Below, one piece after another: positions 53,020 through 60,236 of a stretch of 64,000 nt of DNA (the stretch's first letter is position 1; every line of letters starts with the position of its first letter). The stretch comes from Phascolarctobacterium sp. GTDB taxonomy: Bacteria > Bacillota > Negativicutes > Acidaminococcales > Acidaminococcaceae. The translations under genes were made by a program, and so were the position numbers. The stretch lies in NCBI GenBank assembly GCA_003150755.1, contig QAMT01000023.1, positions 85,474-149,473 of the forward strand. Direction: 5' to 3'. The notes under the pieces were generated by a model. That model was not told the origin of the DNA, did no database searches, and saw only the letters and a list, made by a program, of their open reading frames with translations.

Positions 53020-54036
53020 TCAGGATTTGGTTGCAATGTCGATAAGTTCTTGTCCCAAGGCGCCGTTTTCTTCAACAAACAAATCCCAAACGCTCTTGGT
53101 TGCCTGCTGCCATGCACCGATTTCGTTTTCGGGAACAACATAAACCTGCATGCCGTTTGCCTTCAAATCTTCAAGTGCTTTCAGGTCTTCTGCCTTCGCG
53201 TTGGCGCGGATATCGTTGCGTACTTCGTTTGCCGCATCATTCAAAGCTTTTTTCTGCGCATCGGAAAGCTTAGCATAGGATTTTTCATTTATCGTAAGTA
53301 AAAATTCCGGAGAAGCATGGTTGGTAACGGTTAAATATTTATGTACTTCATACATTTTGCGGTCGCGCATAGCGGTTGTACCGGAGGTCTGTCCGTCAAT
53401 CGTGCCGCGCTGAATAGCCATGTAAACTTCGCTGGAGCCCATGGTTGCAGAAGATGCACCCAAAGCCTTAATGGTTTCGGAAGAATATTTGCTGTAACCG
53501 CGGATTTTTAAGCCTTCAAAATCAGCCGGAGTTTTAACCTCGCGCAGGTTATTGGCAAACTGTACAAAGCCGTAATCTGCCCAAATCAGCGGGCGCACGC
53601 CTTTTTTCAAAAGCTCGCTGCCCAGTTTTTCGCCAATGCCGTTGTCAATCGCTTTATCTACCTTATCGTAATCGGGGAACAAAAACGGCACGTCAAATAC
53701 GTCCATGGCAGGCACAATGCTGGCCCAGCGCCCTACTGTGTTAAGCCCCATATCTACGCCGCCGGAAATAACAGCGTCATTCATATTTTTATCATTATAA
53801 AGCTGCCCGGCAGGATAAATGGTAACATCCAGGCTGCCGCCGGATTTTTCCGCAACTTTGGCTTTAAAACTGTCCATGGCCTTAACCAGCGGATGGCTGG
53901 ATGGCAGGGCCGTTGCCAGTTTTAAAGTAACCTGTCCGCCGGAAGCGGATTTTTCGCCGCCGCTGCCTCCGCAGCCTGCAACAAGCGTCATTGCTGCAAC
54001 AAGCGCCGCAGCCGTAAATTTTTTCCACATTTTCAT
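53020..54036 (-). CDS. TRAP transporter substrate-binding lipoprotein (DctP family)
   Basis: 338 aa. Lipobox LVAGC and DctP-like blocks (LKLATALPSSHP, NDKNM, FDVPFLF). Confidence 0.85.
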   Translation of the reverse strand: MKMWKKFTAAALVAAMTLVAGCGGSGGEKSASGGQVTLKLATALPSSHPLVKAMDSFKAKVAEKSGGSLDVTIYPAGQLYNDKNMNDAVISGGVDMGLNTVGRWASIVPAMDVFDVPFLFPDYDKVDKAIDNGIGEKLGSELLKKGVRPLIWADYGFVQFANNLREVKTPADFEGLKIRGYSKYSSETIKALGASSATMGSSEVYMAIQRGTIDGQTSGTTAMRDRKMYEVHKYLTVTNHASPEFLLTINEKSYAKLSDAQKKALNDAANEVRNDIRANAKAEDLKALEDLKANGMQVYVVPENEIGAWQQATKSVWDLFVEENGALGQELIDIATKS

Positions 54037-54054
54037 AATAAAACTTCCTTTCCC

Positions 54055-54918
54055 TTATTTATATTTTTTATCTAATTCATTGTATTTATCAAGACCGATA
54101 AAGCTGTTAAACTCGCTGAAATGCAGCATTTTATCATCACAGCTGATGGTCGTCCCTTCGCAGCGCAGCGTGCGCATTACCTCGCCAAAGGCTTTGGTAA
54201 TGGTGTACAGCGCCGTGCAGGGCCAAAATACAATGTCAAAACCCATGTTTTCAAGGTCTTTCGCTGTCAGTTCAGGCGTTTTGCCGCCCTCAATCATATT
54301 GGCAATCAAAACCGTATCCGGAAAGCTTGCCGCGATTTTTTCAAGTTCCTGCGCGCTTTGCGGGGCTTCAATAAACAAGGCTTCCGCTCCGCTGTCCAGA
54401 TACATTTTTCCGCGTTCAATGGCTGCGTCAAGCCCAAACACAGCCCTTGCATCAGTACGCGCAATCAAAAGCGTGCTTTCTTTTAGTTTGGCATCTGCCG
54501 CCGCGCGGATTTTTTTACCGTGCAGTTCAGCATCTACAACCTGTTTGCCTGCCATGTGCCCGCACCGTTTGGGCCACACCTGGTCCTCAAACAGCACGGC
54601 CGCCGCACCTGCCCATTCATATTCACGCAGTGTACGCTGCGCGCTCAGCGCATTGCCGTAACCCGTATCGCCGTCGGCAACCACGGGCACATCCACAGCC
54701 CTTGCAATCGTGCGCACGGCATCTGCCATCTCCGTCATCGAAAGATAACCCACATCCGGTTCGCCCAGGCGTGATGCCGCAACGGCATAACCGCCCATAA
54801 CGACGCCGTCAAAGCCTTCGGCAACGGCTATTTTAGCCGTCAACGCATCGTATACTCCGGGCAGCACAAGTATTTCTTTCTGCGCCAGCCTTTTACGTAA
54901 TTTTTCTCCCGGTTCCAT
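54055..54918 (-). CDS. Isocitrate lyase / PEP mutase superfamily enzyme with a KRCGH catalytic loop (methylisocitrate-lyase-like C-C lyase)
   Basis: 287 aa. LVLPGVYDALTA, ADGDTGYGN and WPKRCGHMAGKQVV; the catalytic Cys loop is present, as in ICL/PrpB-type lyases. Confidence 0.8.
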   Translation of the reverse strand: MEPGEKLRKRLAQKEILVLPGVYDALTAKIAVAEGFDGVVMGGYAVAASRLGEPDVGYLSMTEMADAVRTIARAVDVPVVADGDTGYGNALSAQRTLREYEWAGAAAVLFEDQVWPKRCGHMAGKQVVDAELHGKKIRAAADAKLKESTLLIARTDARAVFGLDAAIERGKMYLDSGAEALFIEAPQSAQELEKIAASFPDTVLIANMIEGGKTPELTAKDLENMGFDIVFWPCTALYTITKAFGEVMRTLRCEGTTISCDDKMLHFSEFNSFIGLDKYNELDKKYK

Positions 54919-54936
54919 TTTTGCGCCCCCTGTTTT

Positions 54937-55172
54937 GATAAATATAAAAGCCCCTACCGGAAATCCGGTAGGGGCGAAATACGCGGTACCACCCTACATT
55001 ATACTCTTTACCATAACGCCGGCCAGCGCTTTTTCCTACTTTGCTTTCAAAAAAAGGACTCCGGGGCGAGCTATGCGCTTACGCTTTACCGGCTTGCACC
55101 AACCGCCGGCTCTCTTAAAAACTTCAGCGTTTTATTCCCCTTCATAGTTTTTTGTTTAATAATTTGAGATGA
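54937..55172 (-). promoter_or_regulatory. T-box riboswitch leader (tRNA-sensing antiterminator) of the lyase-TRAP operon
   Basis: The minus-strand RNA contains an AG bulge (AAGAGAG), a distal stem-loop CCGGC-GGUUGGUGCAA-GCCGG, the T-box sequence AGGGUGGUACCGCG (plus-strand 54982-54995), an antiterminator pairing UAGGG/CCCUA with a UGGU bulge, and the terminator gcccctaccgg-attt-ccggtaggggc plus UUUUAUAUUU. Confidence 0.8.
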
Positions 55173-55176
55173 ATAC

Positions 55177-55205
55177 AGTATAGCAATCCTGTCCGTTCCT
55201 GTCAA
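55177..55205 (-). promoter_or_regulatory. Promoter of the T-box leader
   Basis: Minus strand reads TTGACA-17 nt-TATACT. Confidence 0.7.
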
Positions 55206-55391
55206 TACAAAAAATTAAAAACTTTCATTTTGTGATACACTATGCTATTTTTAGTGTATTTTATGTAAATATTTTACACTTTTTTAAAGATTACTCACAA
55301 TATTTTCACACAAAACAAGCCCCTAAAGTTGACACCGGCACACCGTTTTAGCTACAATATAAGTAATATATTAAGGAGGTTAACTAATCAA

Positions 55392-55946
55392 ATGAATAAA
55401 AATTTAATGTTGGTTATCGCAGCCCTTTTAGTTATTTTCGGGCTCGTAATGAGCGGCTACAACAATCTTGTAAGCATGAACGAAAATATCAACGGCAAAT
55501 GGTCGCAGATTGAAAATCAGCTGCAGCGCAGAAATGATTTAATCCCGAACCTTGTAAACACTGTTAAAGGCTATGCCGCCCACGAAAGCGATGTATTTAA
55601 AGCTGTTGCAGACGCACGTGCCAAACTCGGCGGAGCTAAAACCGTTGCCGAAGCCAGCCAGGCTGACGGCGAGCTGAGCAGTGCCCTGAGCCGCCTTTTA
55701 ATGGTTGCCGAAAACTATCCGCAGCTTAAAGCTAACACCAATTTTACGCAATTGCAGGATGAACTTGCCGGAACGGAAAACCGCATTGCCGTATCCCGCC
55801 AGGATTACAACAACGCCGTGCAGGAATTCAACGCCAGCATCAAACAATTCCCGACCGTTATTTATGCCGGCATGCTTGGCTTTACCCAGCGTGATTATTT
55901 TGAAGTGCCCGAAAGCGCCAAAGCTGTGCCGCAGGTACAATTTTAA
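55392..55946 (+). CDS. LemA family protein
   Basis: N-terminal TM, then NNLVSMNENINGKWSQIENQLQRRNDLIPNLV, typical of LemA. Start moved to the ATG at 55392 downstream of SD AAGGAGG. Confidence 0.85.
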   Translation: MNKNLMLVIAALLVIFGLVMSGYNNLVSMNENINGKWSQIENQLQRRNDLIPNLVNTVKGYAAHESDVFKAVADARAKLGGAKTVAEASQADGELSSALSRLLMVAENYPQLKANTNFTQLQDELAGTENRIAVSRQDYNNAVQEFNASIKQFPTVIYAGMLGFTQRDYFEVPESAKAVPQVQF

Positions 55947-55969
55947 TATGCGTTAAGGAAGCTTAAACG

Positions 55970-56719
55970 ATGATTAAGCATGTTTTACTCCTGCTGGTGG
56001 TGCTGCTGCAAACCTTCTGCGCCGCCGCAGGGCTGGAAGCAGCGGAGATACCGCCAAAACCGCAGGCAGGCACCAATATTTATGTGCAGGACTATGCGGA
56101 TGTAATCTCACCTGCTTCTGAAAAAATAATTTATTCGCTCGGACGCGAGCTGGATGCCAAAACAACAGCACAAGTAGCCGTTTTGACCGTGCCGACGCTG
56201 GACGGTGAACCGATTGAAAGCTATGCGCTTAACGTGCTGCGCAGCTGGGGCATCGGCAGCAAGGATAAAAACAACGGCGTGCTGATTGTAGTTGCCACGC
56301 AGGACAGGCAAAGCCGCATCGAAGTAGGCTACGGGCTTGAAGGCGCACTGCCTGACGGTTTGACCGGACGCATACAGGACCAGACCATGCTGCCGTTCTT
56401 CCGCGAAGGGCAATATGATAAAGGCATTGTCAATGGTTATGCAGCAACAGCTGCTACCGTAGCACAGGAATATAACGTCAAGCTTGAAGGCGTAAGTTAT
56501 AACCCGCCTGCACAAAAGCAGCAGGAAGACAGCCTGCCGCTGTGGGCAGAACTTTTGCTCGGCGCAGCAGTTGTAGTATTACTAATTGTTGATAACCTGT
56601 TCTTCGGTGGCTTTATCACCCGCATGCTCATCTTCTCACTGTTCCGCGGTGGACGCGGAGGCGGCGGTGGATTTGGAGGAGGCAGCGGCGGTGGCGGCGG
56701 CTCATCCCGAAGATGGTGA
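55970..56719 (+). CDS. TPM-domain (YgcG-like) membrane protein with a Gly-rich C-terminal tail
   Basis: 249 aa. Signal/TM, TPM block (YVQDYADVIS..QVAVLTVPTL), TM, and tail GGRGGGGGFGGGSGGGGGSSRRW. LemA-TPM pairing is a common arrangement. Confidence 0.8.
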   Translation: MIKHVLLLLVVLLQTFCAAAGLEAAEIPPKPQAGTNIYVQDYADVISPASEKIIYSLGRELDAKTTAQVAVLTVPTLDGEPIESYALNVLRSWGIGSKDKNNGVLIVVATQDRQSRIEVGYGLEGALPDGLTGRIQDQTMLPFFREGQYDKGIVNGYAATAATVAQEYNVKLEGVSYNPPAQKQQEDSLPLWAELLLGAAVVVLLIVDNLFFGGFITRMLIFSLFRGGRGGGGGFGGGSGGGGGSSRRW

Positions 56720-56758
56720 ATCTTATCAACGCAATAAAAATTAAATAATCAAACAACG

Positions 56759-56788
56759 ACGGCGTAAGTGAAAATTCACTTACGCCGT
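56759..56788. terminator. Bidirectional terminator at the left edge of the AT-rich island
   Basis: acggcgtaagtga-aaat-tcacttacgccgt followed by TAAATTTTATT. Confidence 0.75.
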
Positions 56789-56794
56789 TAAATT

Positions 56795-57862
56795 TTATTG
56801 TTTACATAAACTATTATAAGGATAATTAGAATATAATACCCGTAAATTAGTAATATATTGTTTGTAATTTCCTTTTGTCAAAAGCCCTGTATTATTCTTC
56901 ATATATTCTAACATTTTCGTATTTATCCATTCTCCATAATGCAACGTATCTTTAAAATTATTTAAATTTGTCGTAATATCAGTCATTGTGTTAAACGAAA
57001 ATAACTTAATATTTGTCTGCTGTAAAATAAGTTCAATTGCATATTCTTCAATACTAATCTGCTTGTTTAAATCGCCTTTTTCGTATAACTCACCCCAATA
57101 TGTTGCACTATACGGTGGGAAAAAATAATAAAATGTTGTTTCTGGGTGCTTTTCTGCCAGCGAAATTACATTTTGTTCAACATTGGCCTTAATAATTTTT
57201 CTCTCATTATCACTTAAATTTGCTTCTTCTATCGGTTGTTTATACTCTTTTCTATCTTTTAAAACAAATTTAGCTCCAAACTTATAATCATTATTCCAAT
57301 TAGCATATTCATCAAATGATGTTATTCCGCCAATCTTACCTCTTAATTTATTTTTTATCATTTTCAATGAAATTTCAGCAGCATCTTTATTAACTATATA
57401 TTTCACGTCATCTAACAAATTATCATTATATAAATAAACAGGATAATTACCCAAATCATTACGCATTTTATCTTTATCTTGTAAAAAATTATAAGTATCC
57501 AAGCTGCGAACAACATATTTGATATTATGCCCTGCTTTAAAACCTGTTTCAATATTATCATTTATTTCTTTGAAACTTCCGCCGGAAAATGGTACTTTAA
57601 TAGCATTGGCATTAAAAATTGCGTTAAACTCTGATGTTTTGAAATTCTCTGTCATGGATGTACCTGTTATGATTGCGTCATAATCAAAATGCTTTAAAAT
57701 ACCGTCATTCTGATAACGTTCATTATATAATTCGTAAAACAATTGCGGCAGTGGTTTACGGTAATGGGAAAACGGATCTACGATTATATTTATGCTTGCA
57801 GAACAAATTACTGCTAAACAAGCTTCTATAAGAAAAATATATGTCCACTTTTTAAAATTCAT
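56795..57862 (-). CDS. Membrane-anchored DltD/SGNH-like protein, probable extracytoplasmic partner of the MBOAT acyltransferase
   Basis: 355 aa. N-terminal TM, candidate nucleophile block IITGTSMTENF and C-terminal DxxH block (FKDTLHYGEW). 17 nt downstream of the MBOAT gene. The family call is tentative. Confidence 0.4.
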   Translation of the reverse strand: MNFKKWTYIFLIEACLAVICSASINIIVDPFSHYRKPLPQLFYELYNERYQNDGILKHFDYDAIITGTSMTENFKTSEFNAIFNANAIKVPFSGGSFKEINDNIETGFKAGHNIKYVVRSLDTYNFLQDKDKMRNDLGNYPVYLYNDNLLDDVKYIVNKDAAEISLKMIKNKLRGKIGGITSFDEYANWNNDYKFGAKFVLKDRKEYKQPIEEANLSDNERKIIKANVEQNVISLAEKHPETTFYYFFPPYSATYWGELYEKGDLNKQISIEEYAIELILQQTNIKLFSFNTMTDITTNLNNFKDTLHYGEWINTKMLEYMKNNTGLLTKGNYKQYITNLRVLYSNYPYNSLCKQ

Positions 57863-57879
57863 TTATCAACTTTCCTTTA

Positions 57880-59292
57880 CTAAAATTGAAAATATAAAAA
57901 TGTAGTGACAGAACTTAGTTTTAATACAGTATAGACAAAAACCATTGCTATTAAACTTGCTGTTATATACACATTAAATCTCTCAATTTTCTCTACTTTT
58001 AACGGCAAAACAGAAACTGCAATTAAACCTAAAATTACTAAAAGATTATCAGTTATTATTAAAGTAGCATCTTTATCCCCAAAAACTTCAAAATATTTTG
58101 CTAAAAATTTACTATACGGATAAACAAACTTACTTACATCAAACATCGCCGTTAAAATATTTATAGCATCATTAAAGTTTGCTGCTCTGAAAAATATCCA
58201 GGCGATATTGACGGCATTAAATGTTATAAACCAGTTCAGCCATTGCGGCAAAACATATTTTGTTTTGCGCCACAAATGGTTTATGCAAATATAAATTCCG
58301 TGAAGCACTCCCCAAAAAATAAAAGTCCAGCCTGCACCATGCCATAACCCGCCTAAAAACATGGTTATCATAATATTACGCAGATGATGGCCTGTTCTGT
58401 TGCCGCCTAACGGAATGTACAAATAATTCTTTAAAAATGCAGATAACGTCATGTGCCAGCGGCGCCAAAAATCAATTATGCTTGTCGCCCTGTAAGGCAG
58501 ATTAAAGTTCAACGGCAGATTATAATTAAACATCAGCCCAAGGCCGATAGCCATTTCGGAATAACTGGAAAAATCAAAATAAAGCTGCAAGGTATAAGCA
58601 AGCGACCCGCCCCAGGCATCAAGCATGGTCAGATTATCAGCCGCATTAAATACCCTATCGGCATAAATTGCCAGTTTATCGGCAATTACCACCTTTTTAA
58701 ATAAACCAACAGTAAACCATAAAATACCATAGGTTAAATTTTTATAGTTTATTTTGTAACGTTTTGCTTCAGAAAACTGCGGTATCATATCGCGGTGATA
58801 TAAAATAGGACCGGCAATTAAATGCGGAAAAATCGTTACAAATAAAAGGTAATCGCTTTTGGAATATGCTTTGGTTTCATTGCGGTAAACATCTACCAGA
58901 TAAGCAGTTTGCGTAAAGGTAAAGAAAGATATGCCCAACGGCAAAACAATATTTTGCATGGCAAATCCAGAATCAAATAAGTAATTGCAATTTTCAAGAA
59001 TAAAATTTGTATATTTAAAATACCCTAAAAACAACAAGTTAAACGCTATGCCAGCGATGAGTACTTTTTTGCTGCGGTTTTGCGTAAGCCATCTGCCAAA
59101 TAAATAGTTGACACAGATTGATGTTAAAAGTATGGGCAGGTTATTTATATCCCAGTAGGAATAAAAACAGATAGAAGCAAAAATTAAGAACAGTTTTGCA
59201 GCCTGATTTTTAATAAATTTTGCAGCGGCATAATAGCCAATTAAAGTAACAGGTAAAAAAATAAAGATAAATTCATAAGAATTAAATAGCAT
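57880..59292 (-). CDS. MBOAT-family membrane-bound O-acyltransferase (AlgI/DltB/PatA-like)
   Basis: The N-terminus MLFNSYEFIFIFLPV is typical, and the conserved His region is present (FWRRWHMTLSAFLKNYLYIPLGGNR). Start moved to the ATG at 59292 after SD GGAGAG. Confidence 0.85.
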   Translation of the reverse strand: MLFNSYEFIFIFLPVTLIGYYAAAKFIKNQAAKLFLIFASICFYSYWDINNLPILLTSICVNYLFGRWLTQNRSKKVLIAGIAFNLLFLGYFKYTNFILENCNYLFDSGFAMQNIVLPLGISFFTFTQTAYLVDVYRNETKAYSKSDYLLFVTIFPHLIAGPILYHRDMIPQFSEAKRYKINYKNLTYGILWFTVGLFKKVVIADKLAIYADRVFNAADNLTMLDAWGGSLAYTLQLYFDFSSYSEMAIGLGLMFNYNLPLNFNLPYRATSIIDFWRRWHMTLSAFLKNYLYIPLGGNRTGHHLRNIMITMFLGGLWHGAGWTFIFWGVLHGIYICINHLWRKTKYVLPQWLNWFITFNAVNIAWIFFRAANFNDAINILTAMFDVSKFVYPYSKFLAKYFEVFGDKDATLIITDNLLVILGLIAVSVLPLKVEKIERFNVYITASLIAMVFVYTVLKLSSVTTFLYFQF

Positions 59293-59402
59293 AGGACTCT
59301 CCAAATTTAAATAATATGACACTATTTTATCACACACTTCCCCCCCTGCAATACATTCTAACTTCCGCTCTGCTCATATTTACTATATTGCATTGCAAAC
59401 AC

Positions 59403-59440
59403 AAAAAATCCGGCATATCACAGGTATGCCGGATTTTTTT
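59403..59440. terminator. Bidirectional terminator between hsp20 and the MBOAT island
   Basis: aaatccggcata-tcacagg-tatgccggattt flanked by A6 and T7. Confidence 0.75.
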
Positions 59441-59490
59441 CACATGGCACAAAGCAGCATAACAAAATTATGCCGCTTTGTGTTTTATAA

Positions 59491-59529
59491 AACATAAAAA
59501 CAGCCGCAGTGCCTAAGCACCACGGCTGT
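59491..59529 (-). terminator. Terminator after hsp20
   Basis: On the minus strand, acagccg-N16-cggctgt followed by TTTTATGTTTT. Confidence 0.6.
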
Positions 59530-59550
59530 CAATCACTTTAGCTTATGAAA

Positions 59551-60003
59551 TTATTTGCCTTCGATGGCGATGTATTTTTTAGCTTCAACGGCTTTCGGGT
59601 CTTTTTTAGGAATGGACAGGCTCAAAATACCATCTTCGTATTTAGCTTTAATGTCTTCTTCGCTGATAGCGTCGCCAACATAGAAGCTTCTCGTCATGCT
59701 GCCGCTGTAACGTTCACGGCGGATGTAACGGCCTTCTTTGTCTTTTTCGTCTTTATCAACGCCTTTGGCAGCAGATACGGTCAGATAACCGTTTTCAAGA
59801 TGAGCGGTGATTTCATCTTTTTTGAAGCCCGGCAGGTCAATGTCAAGTTCATAACCGTTGTCGGTTTCTTTAACATCGGTTTTCATCAGGTTTTTGCTGT
59901 GTTTGCCGTACAGCGGATTCCTGTTGCCGAAAAAGTTTCTTTCAAAAGCATCGTCCATAAAATCATCAAATAAATTTTCACCAAAAATAGCAGGTAACAT
60001 CAT
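59551..60003 (-). CDS. Hsp20/alpha-crystallin small heat-shock protein
   Basis: 150 aa. Alpha-crystallin domain (MKTDVKETDNGYELDIDLPGFKKDEI..ENGYLTVSA..GILSLSIPK). Confidence 0.9.
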   Translation of the reverse strand: MMLPAIFGENLFDDFMDDAFERNFFGNRNPLYGKHSKNLMKTDVKETDNGYELDIDLPGFKKDEITAHLENGYLTVSAAKGVDKDEKDKEGRYIRRERYSGSMTRSFYVGDAISEEDIKAKYEDGILSLSIPKKDPKAVEAKKYIAIEGK

Positions 60004-60117
60004 AACAAAAGACTTCCTTTCAAAACTTGCAATCTATTTCAGCAGCTTTAAAAGCTGTTGCTTTAGAACTTTTTGAAGGCCCCGGTCTCTTTCGGGGCCT
60101 TCCTTCGTTCTGAATAT

Positions 60118-60146
60118 AATATACCACTTGTTGTTAGCACTGTCAA
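60118..60146 (-). promoter_or_regulatory. Promoter of hsp20
   Basis: Minus strand reads TTGACA-17 nt-TATATT. The -35 box lies inside the CIRCE spacer. Confidence 0.65.
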
Positions 60147-60160
60147 TAGGTGAGTGCTAA
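60134..60160. promoter_or_regulatory. CIRCE operator (HrcA binding site)
   Basis: TTAGCACTG-tcaataggt-GAGTGCTAA, compared with the consensus TTAGCACTC-N9-GAGTGCTAA (one mismatch). Confidence 0.85.
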
Positions 60161-60196
60161 AATTTTAAAAAATTTTTTATTTTTTTCTATTTATAA

Positions 60197-60230
60197 TTAA
60201 AAAACTGCCGTGATATTTCTTCACAGCAGT
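60197..60230 (-). terminator. Terminator after the degenerate ATPase-like gene
   Basis: actgccgtga-N7-tcacagcagt (one G-U pair) followed on the minus strand by TTTTTAATTA. Confidence 0.65.
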
Positions 60231-60236
60231 TTTATT

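Noticed and set aside
54935-55147. Track ORF of 70 aa on the plus strand.
   Set aside because: It lies antisense within the T-box leader RNA and has no SD. The region is explained by the riboswitch.
56640-56719. Gly-rich repeat (GGRGGGGGFGGGSGGGGGSS) at the end of the TPM protein, and the (KD)n repeat at 3560-3610, as possible contingency or slippage loci.
   Set aside because: Gly-rich tails are a normal feature of YgcG/TPM proteins. The KD tract is short and its codons are imperfectly repeated, with no homopolymeric or perfect tandem DNA repeat that would suggest phase variation.
56795-59292. AT-rich MBOAT island as a mobile element.
   Set aside because: There is no integrase, transposase or recombinase, no inverted or direct terminal repeats, and no tRNA attachment site. 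I kept it as a compositional island finding only.
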